A stretch of 64,000 nt of DNA, from positions 73 to 64,072 of the forward strand of contig DAOUAL010000023.1 in assembly GCA_034433515.1 (NCBI GenBank), given 5' to 3'. Positions 10,193 through 20,175 of this stretch are shown piece by piece. How positions within the stretch are numbered: the first letter of the stretch is position 1; each line of letters opens with the position of its first letter. The position numbers and the translations under genes are program-made. The DNA is from Anaerolineae bacterium (GTDB lineage: Bacteria > Chloroflexota > Anaerolineae > UBA4142). The notes below the pieces were generated by a model. It did no database searches, was not told where the DNA came from, and saw only the letters and a program-made list of their open reading frames with translations.

Positions 10193-11098
10193 ATGTTTAG
10201 GATGTTCACGCGTTGGCGTGCGTTCCTCGCCGCGCGGTTCACACCGCGCGCCTATCTTTGGGCGATTGCCCGAGAGGCACGCGCGGCATTGGCGCGAGTA
10301 GCGCGCGATCGTGCTGCGTTGGTTGCAATCCTCGTCTTGATTCTGCCATGGTGGTCACTTCTGTGGCTGCGCGACAATTTCGATGGGCTGGGGTCGTTCG
10401 GCGAAATCGCGGCAATTATTTTTGCGTTCTGGTGGATGTCGCGGTCGGGTGCGCTGCCAGCGCTTGTGGTCAAGTATCCGCGCGCGGAAACACTGTTTGC
10501 AGTCGTGGTGATTGCGGCGTGGATGATGTGGCGTGTGGGGATTTGTGGCAAACTGTTTCCGTTTCTACCCGCCGAGTTTGTCTGCTTCAAGAACATTGAA
10601 TTTGAAATTGTGCCAAAATTAATTGAGATGGTCGTCTTGCCCATTGTCGTCCTCTGGTGGCTCGGTTATCGTTGGCGCGCGCTAGGCTTGAATTGGAGTG
10701 GGCGCGCGTGGTGGATTGCCTTGCCGATTCTGTTGGCGACCGCGGCGTATAGCGTGTACACCCATTGGAACGATTTGCCCTCGTTCGGTCAACGCCTCGT
10801 CGAATATTTTTTCGCGGCAGGATTGCCGGAAGAAGTTATCTTTCGTGCGATTCTGTTGACTCGATTGGAAGCGTGGTTGCGCAACCCGGCGTGGGCATTG
10901 TTCGTCTCGTCGGTATTTTTTGGTCTTTCGCATCTGCCGATCAACTATCTCGTGTTCACCAATCGCAATTGGAATGAAGCGTGGATCACGTTGTTGACCT
11001 TTCAAATGGGCTTTGGCGTCGCCTTTGCGTTTGCGTATCAACGGATACGGAATGTGTGGCCGGCGGCAGCGTTACACGCGCTCGTGGACGCACTGTGA
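10193..11098 (+). CDS. CPBP-family intramembrane glutamic endopeptidase (CAAX protease-like)
   Basis: 'EEVIFRAILL', 'FGLSH', 'HALVD'; multi-TM. Confidence 0.8.
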   Translation: MFRMFTRWRAFLAARFTPRAYLWAIAREARAALARVARDRAALVAILVLILPWWSLLWLRDNFDGLGSFGEIAAIIFAFWWMSRSGALPALVVKYPRAETLFAVVVIAAWMMWRVGICGKLFPFLPAEFVCFKNIEFEIVPKLIEMVVLPIVVLWWLGYRWRALGLNWSGRAWWIALPILLATAAYSVYTHWNDLPSFGQRLVEYFFAAGLPEEVIFRAILLTRLEAWLRNPAWALFVSSVFFGLSHLPINYLVFTNRNWNEAWITLLTFQMGFGVAFAFAYQRIRNVWPAAALHALVDAL

Positions 11099-11100
11099 CG

Positions 11101-11135
11101 AACAACTAACAACTAACAACTAACGACTAATGACT
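11101..11135 (+). repeat. Heptanucleotide tandem repeat filling the intergenic gap
   Basis: 'aacaactaacaactaacaactaacgactaatgacta': about 5 units of 'caactaa' and variants. The last unit contains the ATG at 11130. Confidence 0.85.
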
Positions 11136-11624
11136 ATCAAACTCAACTCAATGCGCCTGTTGGAACAACGCCAGATTCCGTACACAGCAACGGTCTATGA
11201 TCCTGCCGGCGAATTTCACACCGCAGAACAAGCGGCGCAACTCCTCGGCGCGCCGGTGGAGAGCGTGTACAAAACGCTCGTGGTCTTGCGCGAGCCGGCG
11301 AAAAGTGGCAAACCGTTGCTCGTGCTGATCGCTGCTCAGCGCGAACTCGATTTGAAATGGCTGGCGCAGTCCCTGGGGCAACCCAAACAGAAATTGCGCA
11401 TGGCAACGCAAAAAGAAGCCGAGGCATTGACCGGCTTGCAAGTAGGCGGCATTAGCGCGCTTATGCTCCTTAATCGTGGTTTTGAAATTTGCCTGGATGA
11501 ACCTGCGCTTGCGCTCGATCAAATTCACATCAGCGCCGGCAAGCGCGGTGTGGACTTGCAATTGGCGGTCAAGGATCTGATTGCGGTAACCAACGCAAAA
11601 CTAGTCCGTGCGACGCAGGAATAA
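11130..11624 (+). CDS. YbaK/EbsC-type Cys-tRNA(Pro) deacylase
   Basis: Size and pattern of the YbaK family ('VYKTLVV', 'GLQVGGISAL', 'HISAGKRG'). Confidence 0.75.
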   Translation: MTIKLNSMRLLEQRQIPYTATVYDPAGEFHTAEQAAQLLGAPVESVYKTLVVLREPAKSGKPLLVLIAAQRELDLKWLAQSLGQPKQKLRMATQKEAEALTGLQVGGISALMLLNRGFEICLDEPALALDQIHISAGKRGVDLQLAVKDLIAVTNAKLVRATQE

Positions 11625-11671
11625 AGCGTAAAAAGTAATTCTTAACCTGTAACCTTGAACCTGGAGGTACT

Positions 11672-12703
11672 ATGAAAGCACTCGTCATTAAACAACACGG
11701 CGGAGTTGAAAATCTAGACATTGTTGATTTACCCAAGCCAACGCCGGCACCCGACCAAGTTCTGCTCAACGTCAAAGCGGTCTCGCTCAACCAACTGGAT
11801 TTGTTCGTGCGACGTGGTTCGCCCGCGCTCAACTTGACCATGCCGCACATCCCGTGCTCCGATGCAGCGGGTGTGATCGCCGAAGTTGGGGCATCCGTTA
11901 GCGATCTCAAGCCAGGGCAGCGGGTGGTTGTCAACCCGGGTTTGTCATGCGGGCATTGCGAGTTTTGCCTCGCCGGCGAAGACTCTTTGTGTCCCGATTT
12001 CAAAATTTTCGGCGAGCACGTGCCCGGCGGCGCGGCGGAATTTGCGGGCGTGCCCGCGCGCAACGTTTTACCGATTCCCGATTCGCTTTCGTTTGAACAA
12101 GCCGCCGCGTCATCGCTTGTTTTCTTGACCGCGTGGCGCGCGTTGATTTCGCGCGCGCGGGTGCGTGCGGGGGAAGATGTGTTGATTCTGGGCGCGGGGG
12201 CGGGCACTTCGATGGCAGCCATTCAAATCGCCAAAAAAGCCGGCGCGCGTGTGTTTGCTACTTCATCGAGCGATGAGAAACTTGCCAAGGCGAAAGAATT
12301 GGGCGCAGACGAGTTGATCAACTATAAAACCCAGCCGGACTGGGAGCGCGCCATCTTTGCCGCCACGAACAAACGCGGCGTGGACGTTGTCTTTGAATCG
12401 GTGGGCGCGCAGACGTGGCTCAAATCCATTCGCGCGCTGCGCCGTGGCGGACGCATGGTCGTGATCGGTGCGACGACCGGCGCGCGGCCGCAAGAAGAGA
12501 TCGGTTATATTTTTTGGAAGCAAATCGAAATCATCGGCTCGACGATGGCGAGCCAGCGCGAGTTCCGCGACGTAATGAAATTGATTTTTCGCGGTGAACT
12601 CACGCCGGTGATTGATTCGGTCTATCCGCTGGAGCGCGCCAGAGAAGCGCACATGCGTTTGGAAAAGGGCGAGCAGTTTGGCAAGATTGTGATGACAATA
12701 TAG
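11672..12703 (+). CDS. Zinc-binding alcohol dehydrogenase / quinone oxidoreductase family protein
   Basis: 'CGHCEFCLAGEDSLC', Rossmann 'ILGAGAGTSMAAIQIAKKAGA'. RBS 'ggagg' lies before the ATG. Confidence 0.8.
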   Translation: MKALVIKQHGGVENLDIVDLPKPTPAPDQVLLNVKAVSLNQLDLFVRRGSPALNLTMPHIPCSDAAGVIAEVGASVSDLKPGQRVVVNPGLSCGHCEFCLAGEDSLCPDFKIFGEHVPGGAAEFAGVPARNVLPIPDSLSFEQAAASSLVFLTAWRALISRARVRAGEDVLILGAGAGTSMAAIQIAKKAGARVFATSSSDEKLAKAKELGADELINYKTQPDWERAIFAATNKRGVDVVFESVGAQTWLKSIRALRRGGRMVVIGATTGARPQEEIGYIFWKQIEIIGSTMASQREFRDVMKLIFRGELTPVIDSVYPLERAREAHMRLEKGEQFGKIVMTI

Positions 12704-12722
12704 AAGACGGAATATCGAAAAC

Positions 12723-13514
12723 GTGATGCATGAAGGAATGATTGACGACACTTTTTCAAACGGCGCGGATCCATCTTGGGTTCGCGTTTGCATTGGGCAC
12801 GCCAACATCGAAAATGAGCCGGGTATCATTCGCTTTGTGGTAGATGGCGCGCAAGCCGGGCAATTATCCGACGCCGAGTTGGATGATCATCGCACTGCGC
12901 CGCGCCACAAGTTGCGCTGGCAACCGCCGTTGCGAATGATTGTGCGCGCGCGGATGAGCCATCGCGCTGGCGAGATGCTGGGCACCGCCGGCTTTGGCTT
13001 TTGGAACGACCCGTTCGATTGGGTGGGCAATGTGCAAGTGCCGCCCAGCGCAGTCTGGTTTTTCTATGGCTCGCCGCAGAACGATATGTCGTTTGTGCGC
13101 GGCGTGCGCGGCAATGGTTGGAAAGCGGCAATGCTCAACGGTGGTCGCTCGAACAAAGTAGAGATGGCACTCGGCAATTTTATTTTTCGATTGCCGGGAA
13201 TGAGTCGGCTGATTTTCGCGCTGGCGGAGACACGCATTCACGCCCAAGAAACCCTTTTGGACGATGTGGTGTTGACCGAATGGCACGACTATCGGATTGA
13301 TTGGTTGAAACGCGAGGTCATCTTTTTTGTGGACGAGGTCGAGCGATTGCGTGCACCGCATCCGCCCACGATACCGCTCGGTTTTGTGGCGTGGGTGGAC
13401 AATAATGCGGCGTCCATTGGACCCGGGCGCGAATTTGGTTTTCATCGGATTGCGGTTCCGCAACGGCAATGGATGGAACTGGCGCGGGTTACCATCGAAA
13501 CATTAACACCCTGA
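12723..13514 (+). CDS. Hypothetical protein, concanavalin-A-like lectin/glucanase (GH16-like) fold suspected
   Basis: 'WHDYRIDWLKREVIFFVDEVE' resembles the GH16/LamG core strand pattern. I saw no ExDxxE catalytic motif and no signal peptide. Confidence 0.35.
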   Translation: MMHEGMIDDTFSNGADPSWVRVCIGHANIENEPGIIRFVVDGAQAGQLSDAELDDHRTAPRHKLRWQPPLRMIVRARMSHRAGEMLGTAGFGFWNDPFDWVGNVQVPPSAVWFFYGSPQNDMSFVRGVRGNGWKAAMLNGGRSNKVEMALGNFIFRLPGMSRLIFALAETRIHAQETLLDDVVLTEWHDYRIDWLKREVIFFVDEVERLRAPHPPTIPLGFVAWVDNNAASIGPGREFGFHRIAVPQRQWMELARVTIETLTP

Positions 13515-13523
13515 GCGATTGAC

Positions 13524-14765
13524 TCAGGGTGTTGTTTTGGGCAAGGCATACACGTGCTCAAACTGAGGAATAATCGCGCGCCAATCATATTTCGATTCCA
13601 CGAGCGCGCGGGCGTTGCGACCTAACTCGCGGCGGCGGGCTGGGTTGCGTAACAATTCAATCACTGCGCGCGCAAACGCGTCGGACGTGTCGGCGATGAT
13701 GAGATGATGGTTAGGGGTGTACGCGATCCCTTCCGCGCCGCGCGTGGTTGAGACAATGGCTTTGCCCATCGCCATCGCTTCCAAAACTTTCAAACGAGTG
13801 CCGCTCCCCATCCGCAACGGCACAACGTACACCGCCGCATCGGCGACGAATGGACGGGTGTCCGGAACCCAGCCCGTGATCGCAACGCCGGGCTTTGGCG
13901 CGAGGGCTTGAATGCGCGGGACCGGTTTCTGCCCCACGATGACAAGGTGCGCAAGGGGAAGTTCGCTGCGGATACGCGGCAGAATGTCGTCAACAAACCA
14001 CGTCATGGCATCAATATTGGGACGAAAATCCATCTTGCCCACAAACACCATTCCGAATTCCGCATTCGGTTTAGCGCAGACCGCCTCAGAAGGGACAAAG
14101 TATTCCGTGTCCACGCCGTTAGGGATGATCGAAAGGGAGGAGTGGGGAGTTAGAGTTGGAGTTAGGGTGGAGAGGAGTTGTGCATCCGTTTGAGAGCATG
14201 CGACGATGTGATGAGCATAGTGGCAGACCGTCCGCTCGTAGCGTTCGAGTTTTTTCCACTGAATCAAGGAATACAATGCCGCGTGCCAGCGTTTGGGATT
14301 GCGCGCATCGGACTCGAATGCGGTGCGTTGCAAAACGTATTCGGCGTTGTGATCGTCAAAAATAATTTTGAGATTTGAATTTTGAGTTTTGGGAGGCATG
14401 GCATAGCGCGCCATTTCGATGCCCTCGATTTGCACAATCTCGAAGGGTTCTTCGCGCAGAACACGTTCGACGAGCACGTGCATCGCATCGGATTTGAGAC
14501 GCCATGCCATATCGGGCAAGGGTGAGGTGAGTGTGGTCCACGCGCGCTGAACGAGAGAACGGGTGGGGTAGGGTGCGATTTCGATCCGTTGACACAGTGC
14601 GCGGAGGGGTTCGGCGTGGGCAAGTTCTTGTGCCGTGCCGAAGGAAACGAGCGTGATCGCGTGGCGTGGCGCGAGATGTTTGATGATGTTGAAATTGCGA
14701 ATGGTCGTGCCTTGGTGCGGTGGATAAGGAAGTTGGGGAGTGAGGAGGAGGAGTTTCATGTTCAA
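13524..14765 (-). CDS. Glycosyltransferase family 4
   Basis: C-terminal GT-B motif 'GSGTRLKVLEAMAMGKAIV'. Confidence 0.8.
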   Translation of the reverse strand: MNMKLLLLTPQLPYPPHQGTTIRNFNIIKHLAPRHAITLVSFGTAQELAHAEPLRALCQRIEIAPYPTRSLVQRAWTTLTSPLPDMAWRLKSDAMHVLVERVLREEPFEIVQIEGIEMARYAMPPKTQNSNLKIIFDDHNAEYVLQRTAFESDARNPKRWHAALYSLIQWKKLERYERTVCHYAHHIVACSQTDAQLLSTLTPTLTPHSSLSIIPNGVDTEYFVPSEAVCAKPNAEFGMVFVGKMDFRPNIDAMTWFVDDILPRIRSELPLAHLVIVGQKPVPRIQALAPKPGVAITGWVPDTRPFVADAAVYVVPLRMGSGTRLKVLEAMAMGKAIVSTTRGAEGIAYTPNHHLIIADTSDAFARAVIELLRNPARRRELGRNARALVESKYDWRAIIPQFEHVYALPKTTP

Positions 14766-14780
14766 GGTTACACGCTTAAG

Positions 14781-15890
14781 TTATTTTCCAATGACCTGAC
14801 GATAAACCTGAAGCGTTTCTTGCGCCGCGCGTTTCCACGAAAAGGTAGCGGCGCGTTTCAATCCTTTCTCGCGCATTTCATTGCGTAACTGATCATCGCT
14901 CAACACGCGCCACATTGCCACGGTGAGTGCTTCCACATCCTCGGGATTGATCAGAATACCGGCATCCCCCACGACTTCGGGGAGTGACGAGATATTGGAG
15001 ACAACCACCGGCGTGCCACACGCCATTGCTTCCAAAGGAGGCAAGCCAAAGCCTTCGTAAAAGGAAGGCAAGACAAAAAGTTTGGCTGCGTTATACAGAT
15101 AAACCAATTCCTCATTGGGCACACCGCCCAAAAAGCGCACCGCCTCTTCCAGTTTTAATTCAGCGACAACTTGATCCACTTGTTCGTACAACCAGCCGCG
15201 ATTGCCGGCAATCGCCAGCACCGCATCCGATTTGTAATGATCGCGCAGACGGCGGAAAGCACGCAACAGTGTGGGCAAATTTTTGCGTGGCTCGATGGTG
15301 CCAACGAACAGGACAAAATTCTCCGGCAAATGATGTCGTTCGCGTACTTGAGCCAGCTGGGTTGGATCGTTGATGGGGGCGAACAAGGGATGCGCGGCTT
15401 CGTAAATGATCGTGATCTTGTCTTCGGGCACGCCCAGCAATTGTACCGTGTCACGCTTGGTGCTTTCGGACACGGCGATGATGTGATTGGCTTGGCGTGC
15501 GGCAAGATCAACCTGTCCATAATACCGCGCGCTAGTGCGCGTGAGAAAACGCGGATATTTGAGAAAGGCAAGATCGTGAACCGTGATGACGGTGGGGCAA
15601 CGCGTATAACGGGGAGGAATAAAATCCGGGCTGTGCAACACATCGAGCGCAAAGGGAAGCAGTTCGACGGAGAGGGCAAGACGTTCCAAGGGATGGTGGC
15701 TAGGGGTCCACAAACGTTCGGTTTTGAAATTCGCTTGAGTAACAACAGCGGTCTTGTCTTTGCGACTCTTGAAAATTGTAAACTGATCCTCGTGATTGAT
15801 TTGCGCGAGGGCTTGGGTGAGGCGCAAAATATATTGACCAATGCCGGCGTTGTTATAGAATACCAGTCGCGCGTCAATGCCGATGCGCAT
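14781..15890 (-). CDS. Glycosyltransferase family 4
   Basis: 'PSFYEGFGLPPLEAMACGTPVVVS' (E-x7-E motif). Confidence 0.85.
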   Translation of the reverse strand: MRIGIDARLVFYNNAGIGQYILRLTQALAQINHEDQFTIFKSRKDKTAVVTQANFKTERLWTPSHHPLERLALSVELLPFALDVLHSPDFIPPRYTRCPTVITVHDLAFLKYPRFLTRTSARYYGQVDLAARQANHIIAVSESTKRDTVQLLGVPEDKITIIYEAAHPLFAPINDPTQLAQVRERHHLPENFVLFVGTIEPRKNLPTLLRAFRRLRDHYKSDAVLAIAGNRGWLYEQVDQVVAELKLEEAVRFLGGVPNEELVYLYNAAKLFVLPSFYEGFGLPPLEAMACGTPVVVSNISSLPEVVGDAGILINPEDVEALTVAMWRVLSDDQLRNEMREKGLKRAATFSWKRAAQETLQVYRQVIGK

Positions 15891-16032
15891 GATTTTTTCT
15901 CTCCGTGAAAACAGCGTGAGCGGAATAACAGCGTGGCAAAAGAAGAATGCGTTTTGACGGCGCTGTCACCCGCTCAAGTGTGAATCAAAAGCGAGGTGAT
16001 TATACTCCGTAAGGCAGAAAAAGCAAAACGGC

Positions 16033-16061
16033 TTGCATCGGTAGGCAAGGCGTGTTATAGT
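16033..16061 (+). promoter_or_regulatory. Putative sigma70 promoter
   Basis: TTGCAT, 17-nt spacer, TATAGT. Confidence 0.45.
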
Positions 16062-16126
16062 TTCATTCGCGTAGGCAATGTGATATACAAATCCAAAGCA
16101 AAAAAATTTTGAAAGGACAAAACGCT

Positions 16127-17053
16127 ATGCGAATTTTGCGCCGTATATTCTTTGTTTTCTTGTTTCCGATTTTTGTGCTCGCTTGTTCCACCCCCACTCC
16201 GCTGCCCACCGCAGTTCCCAAAATTTTCGATGGCAAGCACGCATACGAAAAATATTTTTCCGCCCAAGTAAATTTGGGTCCGCGTCCAGCCGGCAGTCCG
16301 GCAAACCGCGCGGCTGGCGATTACATTATCACGCAACTCAACGAATCGAAATGGAAGGTAGAGACACAAGAGTTTGTCTATCGCAATGTGCCGATTCGCA
16401 ACATCATCGGCAAGATGGCGCAGGGCAGGGGACCGATCATTATCATCGGTGCGCATTACGATACACGCCCACGCGCCGATCAAGACCCGGTGAATCGTAC
16501 ATTGCCGATTCTGGGCGCAAACGATGGCGCGTCTGGTGTCGCCGTGTTACTCGAACTTGCGCGCGTACTCGATACAGCGAAATTGAAAAATGAAGTGTGG
16601 CTAGCATTCTTCGATGCCGAGGACAATGGCGATTTATCCACGTGCGATTTGATGCCCGCGCCGAATTGCGACACGACACCATGGACGTGGTCCATCGGTG
16701 CGACCTACGTCGCGGAACATTTGCCCAGCCCGCCGGACGCGGTCATCGTCTTGGATATGATCGGCGATGCAGATCAAAATATTTATTACGAATACAACTC
16801 GGACAAGGAACTCCAACAAGAGTTGTGGAGCATCGCCGCACGCTTGGGTTACACAAGACAATTTATTCCAGAATTCAAATGGTCCATCTCGGACGATCAT
16901 ACGCCATTTGTGCAACGCGGCATCCGCGCCGTAGATTTGATTGATTTTGATTATCCGTATTGGCATACCTTGCAAGACACCGCAGACAAAGTTTCGGCGG
17001 AGAGTCTGGAGCGGGTAGGGCGGGTTGTGCAAACGTGGCTGGAAACCCGGTAG
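16127..17053 (+). CDS. M28-family zinc peptidase (lipoprotein)
   Basis: Lipobox 'FVLAC'. 'GAHYDTRP', 'GANDGASGVAVLLELAR', 'FFDAEDNG', 'LDMIGD', 'DDHTPF'. ATG 16127 follows 'gaaagga'. Confidence 0.8.
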   Translation: MRILRRIFFVFLFPIFVLACSTPTPLPTAVPKIFDGKHAYEKYFSAQVNLGPRPAGSPANRAAGDYIITQLNESKWKVETQEFVYRNVPIRNIIGKMAQGRGPIIIIGAHYDTRPRADQDPVNRTLPILGANDGASGVAVLLELARVLDTAKLKNEVWLAFFDAEDNGDLSTCDLMPAPNCDTTPWTWSIGATYVAEHLPSPPDAVIVLDMIGDADQNIYYEYNSDKELQQELWSIAARLGYTRQFIPEFKWSISDDHTPFVQRGIRAVDLIDFDYPYWHTLQDTADKVSAESLERVGRVVQTWLETR

Positions 17054-17093
17054 ATTGGGAGATTAGGTGATTGGGTGATTGGGTGATTGGGTG
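17053..17093 (+). repeat. Octanucleotide tandem repeat filling the intergenic gap
   Basis: 'gattggga gattaggt gattgggt gattgggt gattgggt g' ends directly at ATG 17094. Confidence 0.85.
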
Positions 17094-19451
17094 ATGCGGT
17101 TGATTTTGTTAGGGGTGGCGTTTGTTTCTGCCGCCGGGCTGGCGTTTGAAATCACGCTCACCCGGCTCTTTGCAATTGCACAAGGTTATCACTTTGGTTT
17201 CCTTGCCGTCAGTCTGGCATTGCTCGGTTTCGGTGCGAGCGGAACCGCGCTGGCTGTCCGCCCTTCGCTTGCGCACGGTCGCACCGATGAAATCACAAAA
17301 CGCCTTGCCTACCTCGCATTGAGTTTCTCGCTTGGGCTGATCGTGAGTTACCTCGCGATCAACTATCTCCCTTTTGATGCCTACCGCATCGCTTGGGAAC
17401 CAATTCAACTTTTGTATTTGGTATTGTACTATCTCGCGTTGACGGCGCCTTTTTTTCTGGGAGGGCTCACACTTGGATTGCCACTTGCCGCACTGCCGGC
17501 GACCAAGACCGCGCGCGTGTATGCCGCGAATCTTGCCGGGTCGGGCTTGGGGTGTGTCATCGCGCTGGGTTCGATTACACTGTTTGATGTAACCGGCGCG
17601 GTGATGGTTGCGGCAATCCTCGCTGCGTCGGGTGCGTTGGCATTTTCGAACTCGTTGCGGAGTACCGTCCTAACGATTGGAATGCTTTTGACGCTGGGGA
17701 CCTTGCTCATCACGCGCCCCACACTTTTCGATCTGCGCCTTTCGCCGTACAAGAGTTTGAGTCAAACCCTGCGCATCCCCGATGCGCGTGTGGTATCGAA
17801 TGCATGGAACGCGTACTCGCAGGTGCAAGTAGTGGAGAGTTCAACAGTCCGCTCGGCGCCCGGCTTGAGTCTCACGTATCGCGGCACGATGCCGGTTCAA
17901 CGTGCGCTATTCGTGGATGCAGAAAGCATCAGCCCGCTGACCGATGACGCGCCGCGCGATTTGCTCAATCGGTTGCTGCCTACTCTTGCCTATTATCTTC
18001 GTCCGAACGCGCGCGCATTGATTATTGAACCGGGCGGCGGCTTGGAGGTGCTGGCAGCGTTGAACGCTGGCACGCGTGAAATCGTGGTGCTGGTCAATAA
18101 TCCGTTGAGGGTGCAAGCGATGCAAATTTGGGCACCTCACGTCTTTGGTGATCCGCGCGTACAGATAATCGTTGCAAACACACGTGGTTATCTGGCTCGG
18201 TCGCATGAGCGTTTTGATGTGGTGCATCTGGCATTGGGCGATGCGTTTCATCCGGTTACTGCTGGCGCATACTCGTTGGGCGAAAACTACTTGTTCACGC
18301 GCGAAGCGTTCGCCGATTATCTTGAGCATCTCGAACCAGAAGGCATTTTGGTGGTGCATCGTTGGTTGCAACTACCGCCGGCGGAGGAAGCACGCGCGGC
18401 AGCCTTAGCCATTGCCGCCCTCGAACGCGAGGCACCCGAAGAACATCTGGTTACCTTGCGTTCATTCTCAACGATGTTGTTGTTGGTCAAACGCGCGCCG
18501 TTCATCGCGCGCGAAATCGAAACGGCGCGCACGTTTGCAGACACGTATCAATTCGATTGGGTGGCATATCCGGGCATCCGTGCGGAAGAAACCAATCGGT
18601 TCAATGTTTTGCAGGAGAACGAGTATGCGCGCGTCTTTCGTCTCCTCCTTGATCCCCATCGGCGGGCACAGTTGTTTGCAAGTCATCCGTACGACATCAC
18701 GCCCACTTGGGATGATCGGCCATTCTTTTTTCACTTTTTCCGTTGGGAGCAAACGCCTCAAGTGGTGCAGTTACTTGGCAAGTTGTGGCAACCGTTTGGG
18801 GGGAGCGGCTTTTTGATTCTTGTTGCATTACTCGGACTGACTCTCGTCCTATCGAGCGGGTTGCTTGTGTTGCCGCTCTTGGCGTTGCGCGTCGAGTCTG
18901 GACCTTCTCAACCTTTGGTGTACTTTGCTTGCTTGGGCATTAGCTTTTTGTTGATCGAGATTCCGCTCATTCAACGATTCATTCTCTTGCTCGATCAACC
19001 GGTGTATGCGTTTGCCACGGTACTCTTTACGTTGCTGATCACGTCCGGCATCGGAAGTTATTGGTCAGCACGACTGCCACTGCGCACAACACTCATCGGA
19101 CTCGTTGTGATTGCCATCGCGTTGCCCGGTCTGCTGCCGTTGGTATTCCAGCGCGTGATCGGCGAGGCGTTCAGTGTGCGCCTAATCATCTCGATGATGC
19201 TCCTTGCGCCGCTCGGTTTCTTGATGGGCATTCCATTTCCCCAGGGTCTCGCCCGCTTAAAAGACTATGCCCCACACTTGATTCCGCTTGCGTGGGGCAT
19301 CAATGGTTGCGCTTCTGTCCTCAGTTCGATTCTGGCGACGCTGGGCGCAATGTCGTTTGGATTTTCGGCGGTATTTTTGGCTGGCGCAGGTGCGTATGCG
19401 ATGGCACTTTTTACTTTCCCCGCGTCAATGGCACGAACAAAACTCCCATGA
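17094..19451 (+). CDS. Polytopic membrane protein fused to a spermidine-synthase-like (class I methyltransferase fold) domain
   Basis: Many TM helices at both ends. Central 'ALIIEPGGGLEVLAALNAGTREIVVLVNNP...FDVVHLAL'. Confidence 0.55.
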   Translation: MRLILLGVAFVSAAGLAFEITLTRLFAIAQGYHFGFLAVSLALLGFGASGTALAVRPSLAHGRTDEITKRLAYLALSFSLGLIVSYLAINYLPFDAYRIAWEPIQLLYLVLYYLALTAPFFLGGLTLGLPLAALPATKTARVYAANLAGSGLGCVIALGSITLFDVTGAVMVAAILAASGALAFSNSLRSTVLTIGMLLTLGTLLITRPTLFDLRLSPYKSLSQTLRIPDARVVSNAWNAYSQVQVVESSTVRSAPGLSLTYRGTMPVQRALFVDAESISPLTDDAPRDLLNRLLPTLAYYLRPNARALIIEPGGGLEVLAALNAGTREIVVLVNNPLRVQAMQIWAPHVFGDPRVQIIVANTRGYLARSHERFDVVHLALGDAFHPVTAGAYSLGENYLFTREAFADYLEHLEPEGILVVHRWLQLPPAEEARAAALAIAALEREAPEEHLVTLRSFSTMLLLVKRAPFIAREIETARTFADTYQFDWVAYPGIRAEETNRFNVLQENEYARVFRLLLDPHRRAQLFASHPYDITPTWDDRPFFFHFFRWEQTPQVVQLLGKLWQPFGGSGFLILVALLGLTLVLSSGLLVLPLLALRVESGPSQPLVYFACLGISFLLIEIPLIQRFILLLDQPVYAFATVLFTLLITSGIGSYWSARLPLRTTLIGLVVIAIALPGLLPLVFQRVIGEAFSVRLIISMMLLAPLGFLMGIPFPQGLARLKDYAPHLIPLAWGINGCASVLSSILATLGAMSFGFSAVFLAGAGAYAMALFTFPASMARTKLP

Positions 19452-20169
19452 TGTTTTCGGTCGTTACCTTGTCGCCCTGTTTGTGCACGCGCCACAAGGT
19501 TTGGAATGAGCCGGGCGGACCGACCGGAATCACCATCCGTCCGCCGTCTTTAAGTTGCGCAATCAACGGCGGTGGAATGTGATCGGGCGCGCAGGTTACG
19601 ATGATAGCGTCGTACGGCGCGAATTCTTCCCAGCCGTTATAGCCATCCGCGTTCTTTACCACAACGTGGTAGCCCAGGCGTTTTAGCGTTGCCTCTGCGC
19701 GGGCGGCAAGTTCCGGAATGATTTCGACCGAATAGACTTGATCGGTAAGCATCGCCAGAATCGCCGCCTGATAGCCGGAGCCGGTCCCAATCTCCAGCAC
19801 ACGGTCGTCCCGTTTGATCTGAGCCAATTCGGTCATCGCCGCAACGATGTACGGCTGGCTGATCGTTTGACCGTACCCAATCGGCAAGGGATGATCTTCG
19901 TACGCTTGGGTGAGCCACTCCGCCGGCACGAACTCGTGGCGCGGCACTGTTTCCATCACAGCCAAGACCGCGGGATCACTGACGCCACGCTTGCGAATTT
20001 GATCGCTCACCATTTCCTGGCGTGCCGAGGCAAACGGGTCGAGGAGGGGTGTGCCGGTTGAGGTGGGAGAAGCAGGTAAAGTTGGAGATCGCGTTAGAGT
20101 AAAAACGATATAGAGGAACGCAAGAATCGTTAACCCCAGCAACGCGATGAGACGGAGAGAAACACGCAT
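19411..20169 (-). CDS. pcm: Protein-L-isoaspartate O-methyltransferase with N-terminal membrane anchor or signal
   Basis: 'ISQPYIVA', 'VLEIGTGSGYQAAILA', 'APYDAIIV'. Its 3' end overlaps the convergent upstream gene by 41 nt. Confidence 0.88.
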   Translation of the reverse strand: MRVSLRLIALLGLTILAFLYIVFTLTRSPTLPASPTSTGTPLLDPFASARQEMVSDQIRKRGVSDPAVLAVMETVPRHEFVPAEWLTQAYEDHPLPIGYGQTISQPYIVAAMTELAQIKRDDRVLEIGTGSGYQAAILAMLTDQVYSVEIIPELAARAEATLKRLGYHVVVKNADGYNGWEEFAPYDAIIVTCAPDHIPPPLIAQLKDGGRMVIPVGPPGSFQTLWRVHKQGDKVTTENIMGVLFVPLTRGK

Positions 20170-20175
20170 CGTTCA

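Noticed and set aside
11569-12222. 217-aa minus-strand ORF
   Set aside because: Antisense to the MDR dehydrogenase. The composition is Pro/Ser/Ala-rich and non-protein-like.
15155-15908. 240-aa (-) and 245-aa (+) ORFs overlapping the GT4 gene
   Set aside because: These are alternative frames of the glycosyltransferase at 14781..15890, which carries the E-x7-E motif.
11101-17093. CRISPR-like arrays (the tandem repeats at 11101 and 17053)
   Set aside because: The units are only 7-8 nt with no spacers and no cas genes. They are microsatellites, not CRISPR.
19411-19451. 41-nt convergent overlap of the spermidine-synthase-like gene and pcm as a regulatory feature
   Set aside because: Small convergent overlaps are common in compact genomes, and no additional structure was seen.
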